From: Amoeboradix gromovi X-113
Lineage: Eukaryota > Fungi > Sanchytriomycota
NCBI GenBank assembly: GCA_018985225.1
Contig: JADGIF010000414.1
Coordinates: 1-9,017, forward strand
DNA: 9,017 bases
Direction: 5' to 3'
Position 1 is the first letter of the stretch; each line of letters opens with the position of its first letter. The notes under the pieces were generated by a model. It saw nothing but the letters and a program-made list of their open reading frames with translations. It was not told the origin of the DNA and ran no database searches. Below are positions 6,623 through 9,017 of this stretch, piece after piece. The position numbers and the translations under genes are program-made.

Positions 6623-8098
6623 ATGATGCTTACTTTTACCTGTTTGTTTAGCATGGCTCTTCAGTCAACCGGGCAAGAGAACCCTATTCTTGCTGCTGCA
6701 AGAGCTTATGCTTCTAAAGATCAGCATGATGAGTTTGAGTTAGCTAGAATTAAAGTAATACTAGTAAAACACAGAGAAAGCGCGATTGCATATTTGCGGG
6801 ACCCAGAGCACTTTATTCCCAAGAATACTGTAAAAGCAGAAGTACCCCAGTGGATTGGTGATGATTATGAGGAAAAAGTTAAAACAGCAGAATTTCTTGT
6901 TGCAAAGGTGAATGAATCACCAAATTACATACATAGCAAGTATGATAAAAATGCACTTTCGCTTAGAGCATTTATCCTATACATATCTTGCGATGCGAGT
7001 CCTAGTAACGGCCACAACAAGCTTCATTTGTGTTCTAAAGCTGTAGAAGCCTACACCGACTCAGAATTCAAACTGAATACGAGAGATTGGGTATTTTTAT
7101 TGTCATATAACCCAATCGATCCTGATAGCACTGAGTTGATTGCCACAATCAATAATGATATAAATAGAAATGAAGACAACATTCTGACAATTCTAACAGA
7201 TCCTGTGATACGTGATCGTGACATTGATTTGCTTAGCATTAATTTGGAGTGGTTATATGGTGTGGGATTAAGTTCAGTATTTAACAACTTGTTTGAAATA
7301 GTGAGGAAAGCAAATGATTATGAAGAATCGCGTACGCTATTCTTTAAATTTGTGGAAGAGTTCTTTCCACAATGTCCAAGTAAATTTGATCTAACACCTA
7401 GAGAGAAAAGAATTGATGACATTTGTGTAGATTTGGCTGCAGAGGTACGATCTGCAAAGCTAGCAAAAATGTTTCTGGATAATGACAAGTTGAGATCTTG
7501 GCACACTGTCGCCAAAATGTTTGAATATGATCAGCAATCACGACAGGCTAAAAGCATTGAGTTCTATGAAACTATATGGCCATATTTCCATTTGACTGTG
7601 GACGTAGATGTGGGGGGATACATTAACCAGTATTTCAATTTGAAAAAAAATTATTTTGTAAAGGTTAGGGAGTATATAGGTGGTGCCACGTCTATCAAAA
7701 ACGTACCATCATTTCGCGCATATGCTCTGTATGGATTGTGTGAACAACAACTACAAGTCTTTGATTATGGATCTTTGAATAGGCATGATGTTTGCTCGGA
7801 TTCATTAAGTTACCTAAAAAACAACCCGATTTTATTTGAAGATTGGATTTATCTTCTGTTGAGTGTTAGAATCAGTCCAAAAGATACGGAGTTGATTATG
7901 CTTATTAAAGCTTCAATTTCAAGAGAAGCAATTGAAAGAATTGGTTCAGTGTTAGGCGACTTAAAGAGTGTTGCTACTGCTGAGAGTCACTATAATAGCA
8001 TTAAGTATAATACAATAGAAAACAATCTACATTTGGTCACTAGCACAAGAGAGACACAATTGATCATGAAAGAAGTTAAAAAAGCAAACATTTTATAA
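6623..8098 (+). CDS. Hypothetical 491-aa protein, possibly secreted, with an internal two-fold repeat
   Basis: A 1476-nt ORF in AT-rich DNA with a short hydrophobic N-terminus (MMLTFTCLFSMALQS). Clear self-similarity between its halves supports real coding. AATAAA at 8098-8103 overlaps the stop. No family recognised. Confidence 0.85.
   Translation: MMLTFTCLFSMALQSTGQENPILAAARAYASKDQHDEFELARIKVILVKHRESAIAYLRDPEHFIPKNTVKAEVPQWIGDDYEEKVKTAEFLVAKVNESPNYIHSKYDKNALSLRAFILYISCDASPSNGHNKLHLCSKAVEAYTDSEFKLNTRDWVFLLSYNPIDPDSTELIATINNDINRNEDNILTILTDPVIRDRDIDLLSINLEWLYGVGLSSVFNNLFEIVRKANDYEESRTLFFKFVEEFFPQCPSKFDLTPREKRIDDICVDLAAEVRSAKLAKMFLDNDKLRSWHTVAKMFEYDQQSRQAKSIEFYETIWPYFHLTVDVDVGGYINQYFNLKKNYFVKVREYIGGATSIKNVPSFRAYALYGLCEQQLQVFDYGSLNRHDVCSDSLSYLKNNPILFEDWIYLLLSVRISPKDTELIMLIKASISREAIERIGSVLGDLKSVATAESHYNSIKYNTIENNLHLVTSTRETQLIMKEVKKANIL
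6947..8089 (+). repeat. Protein-level internal duplication: aa ~109-231 (6947-7315) vs aa ~359-489 (7697-8089)
   Basis: KNALSLRAFILYISCD / KNVPSFRAYALYGLCE; HLCSKAV / HDVCSDSL; DWVFLLSYNPIDPDSTELIATI / DWIYLLLSVRISPKDTELIMLI; EIVRKAN / KEVKKAN. Confidence 0.85.
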
Positions 8099-8103
8099 AT
8101 AAA

Positions 8104-8563
8104 TTAATAATAATTTAATGAAATAACTGTTCGCAATTTTGCAAGTGAATTAAATGTAGGTCTACAGGGCGCAAGCTGTATGAAACAGATCTGGGCAAGC
8201 TCAGCAGCAATATTCTCAACTGGCGCTCCAGGATCTTTCAAATGCTGCTACTTTGAATAGTATCGTAATTTCAGAAAATGCAGAGTATTTTATGTCGACA
8301 CTGCTACAAAGTACCAGATGGTAGTCGTAGAATATCTGCACTGCCAAAGCCCCTCTAGGGGCTCCTGTTTCCTTTACAAGTGCTAACCAATGATGTTGGT
8401 TTCTGTTCCCTTATTATAACTTACTTTAATTTAGTCTTATTCAGAAATTTCTTATAGCTCACTCAACAATGTACTTTCAGTGCTGTGACTGGTCAACTAC
8501 GTATAAATTTTTTGTAAAATGCGATGATTTATGATGGTCAGAGATGTACTGGAATAGCGCTCT
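8104..8563 (-). pseudogene. Heavily degraded protein kinase remnant (TKL/TK-like C-lobe)
   Basis: Collinear minus-strand traces with roughly canonical spacing: RALFQYISDH..HR (HR at 8526-8521); IRNF* at the DFG position (AAT TTC TGA, 8449-8441); GCC CCT a GAG = AP-E (8362-8353); then GLWQCRYSTTTIWYF (cf. APExLxxxxYSTKSDVWSF), FSEITILFKVAA, LER, and ELAQICFIQLAPCRPTFNSL (RPTF at 8163-8152). Stop at 8106-8104. Confidence 0.45.
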
Positions 8564-8622
8564 GTTGCAGTACTTCAGTCTGCATTCGTTACTTGGCTAA
8601 CTGTTCCAGGCTAATTCAAGGT

Positions 8623-9017
8623 TTATACCCGTCTGTTTTTATAATACGCGAGTTCAGCGAAAGCGTGATATGAAGCGACAGTAGGATATATGAGAATGTT
8701 TTTAGAATATGCAATACTCTGTGATAATAGAGGGCAAACATCAATTGAAAGATTTGTAAATTGTCTACTTAATAAAAAAGTCTATTTGTTTCAATCAGAA
8801 TTTACTGATTTGCTAAAAGTAAATATTTATGTACAATAAAATTTCTAGTTAGATATCTTACCAAATTCAGCAAACGGGTCGCATGATTTGCAATATAGCA
8901 CTGAAAATTTGGAAGCAGACCAGGCCTGTTCGTTGTTGTTAAGAGTCTGCTGATGGAGCAGCTCCAAAATATCGTCATAGCAGAAGAATATGTCGTTCAG
9001 AAACAGGACATAATCGA
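8623..9017 (-). pseudogene. CAP59/CMT1-like (GT69) mannosyltransferase remnant, continuing beyond the right edge
   Basis: DYVLFLNDIFFCYDDILELLHQ (9015-8950) matches the GT69 motif DxILFLNDVxFCxxDILELLxQ. The expected downstream ACxxD/FYD segment is missing. Weaker out-of-frame traces: GL..FQIFS (8921-8900; cf. GLPFQVFSCWNG) and CPLL...KNILIYPTVASY (8736-8668). The first motif is strong; the extent down to 8623 is tentative. Confidence 0.6.

Noticed and set aside
7051-7515. Two antisense ORFs within the 491-aa gene
   Set aside because: Shadow ORFs without motifs.
8348-8363. GC-rich inverted repeat AGCCCCT-CT-AGGGGCT resembling an intrinsic terminator
   Set aside because: The context is eukaryotic, there is no clean U-tract, it lies 250 nt from the nearest intact gene end, and it coincides with the APE-like codons of the kinase remnant. 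Probably chance.
1-9017. Prokaryotic or giant-virus origin; alternative genetic code (TAA/TAG read as Gln)
   Set aside because: ZNFX1 architecture, eukaryote-type UGDH, GT69 and a GT-AG intron point to nuclear DNA, and no viral core genes are present. TAA falls at the natural C-termini of ZNFX1 and UGDH, and the long ORFs have no internal TAA/TAG. Viral origin is not formally excluded.
1-9017. CRISPR array, tRNA/rRNA, transposon ends
   Set aside because: No regularly spaced nucleotide repeats, RNA-gene signatures, terminal inverted repeats or transposase/RT motifs were seen by eye.

Overview
AT-rich, very gene-dense DNA that appears eukaryotic (fungus-like or a related microbial eukaryote; standard genetic code). 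It holds two intact plus-strand genes. (1) An apparently intronless ~1,885-aa ZNFX1-type protein (185-5842): two N-terminal CCCH fingers, a UPF1-like SF1 helicase, an NF-X1 zinc-finger array, a degenerate RING-like module and a C-terminal RZ finger of the RNF213/ZNFX1 E3 type. (2) A 491-aa orphan (6623-8098) with a possible signal peptide and an internal two-fold repeat of period ~250 aa. Most of the remaining 'intergenic' DNA reads as gene wreckage at different stages of decay: a 5'-truncated UDP-glucose dehydrogenase C-terminal fragment with a frame-restoring 20-nt GT-AG intron, a CDK/CMGC-like kinase remnant, a second (TKL-like) kinase remnant, and a CAP59/GT69 mannosyltransferase remnant running off the right edge. 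Convergent stop codons are only 5-12 nt apart, and AATAAA overlaps three stop codons. All homology calls come from motif recognition by eye; no searches were run.
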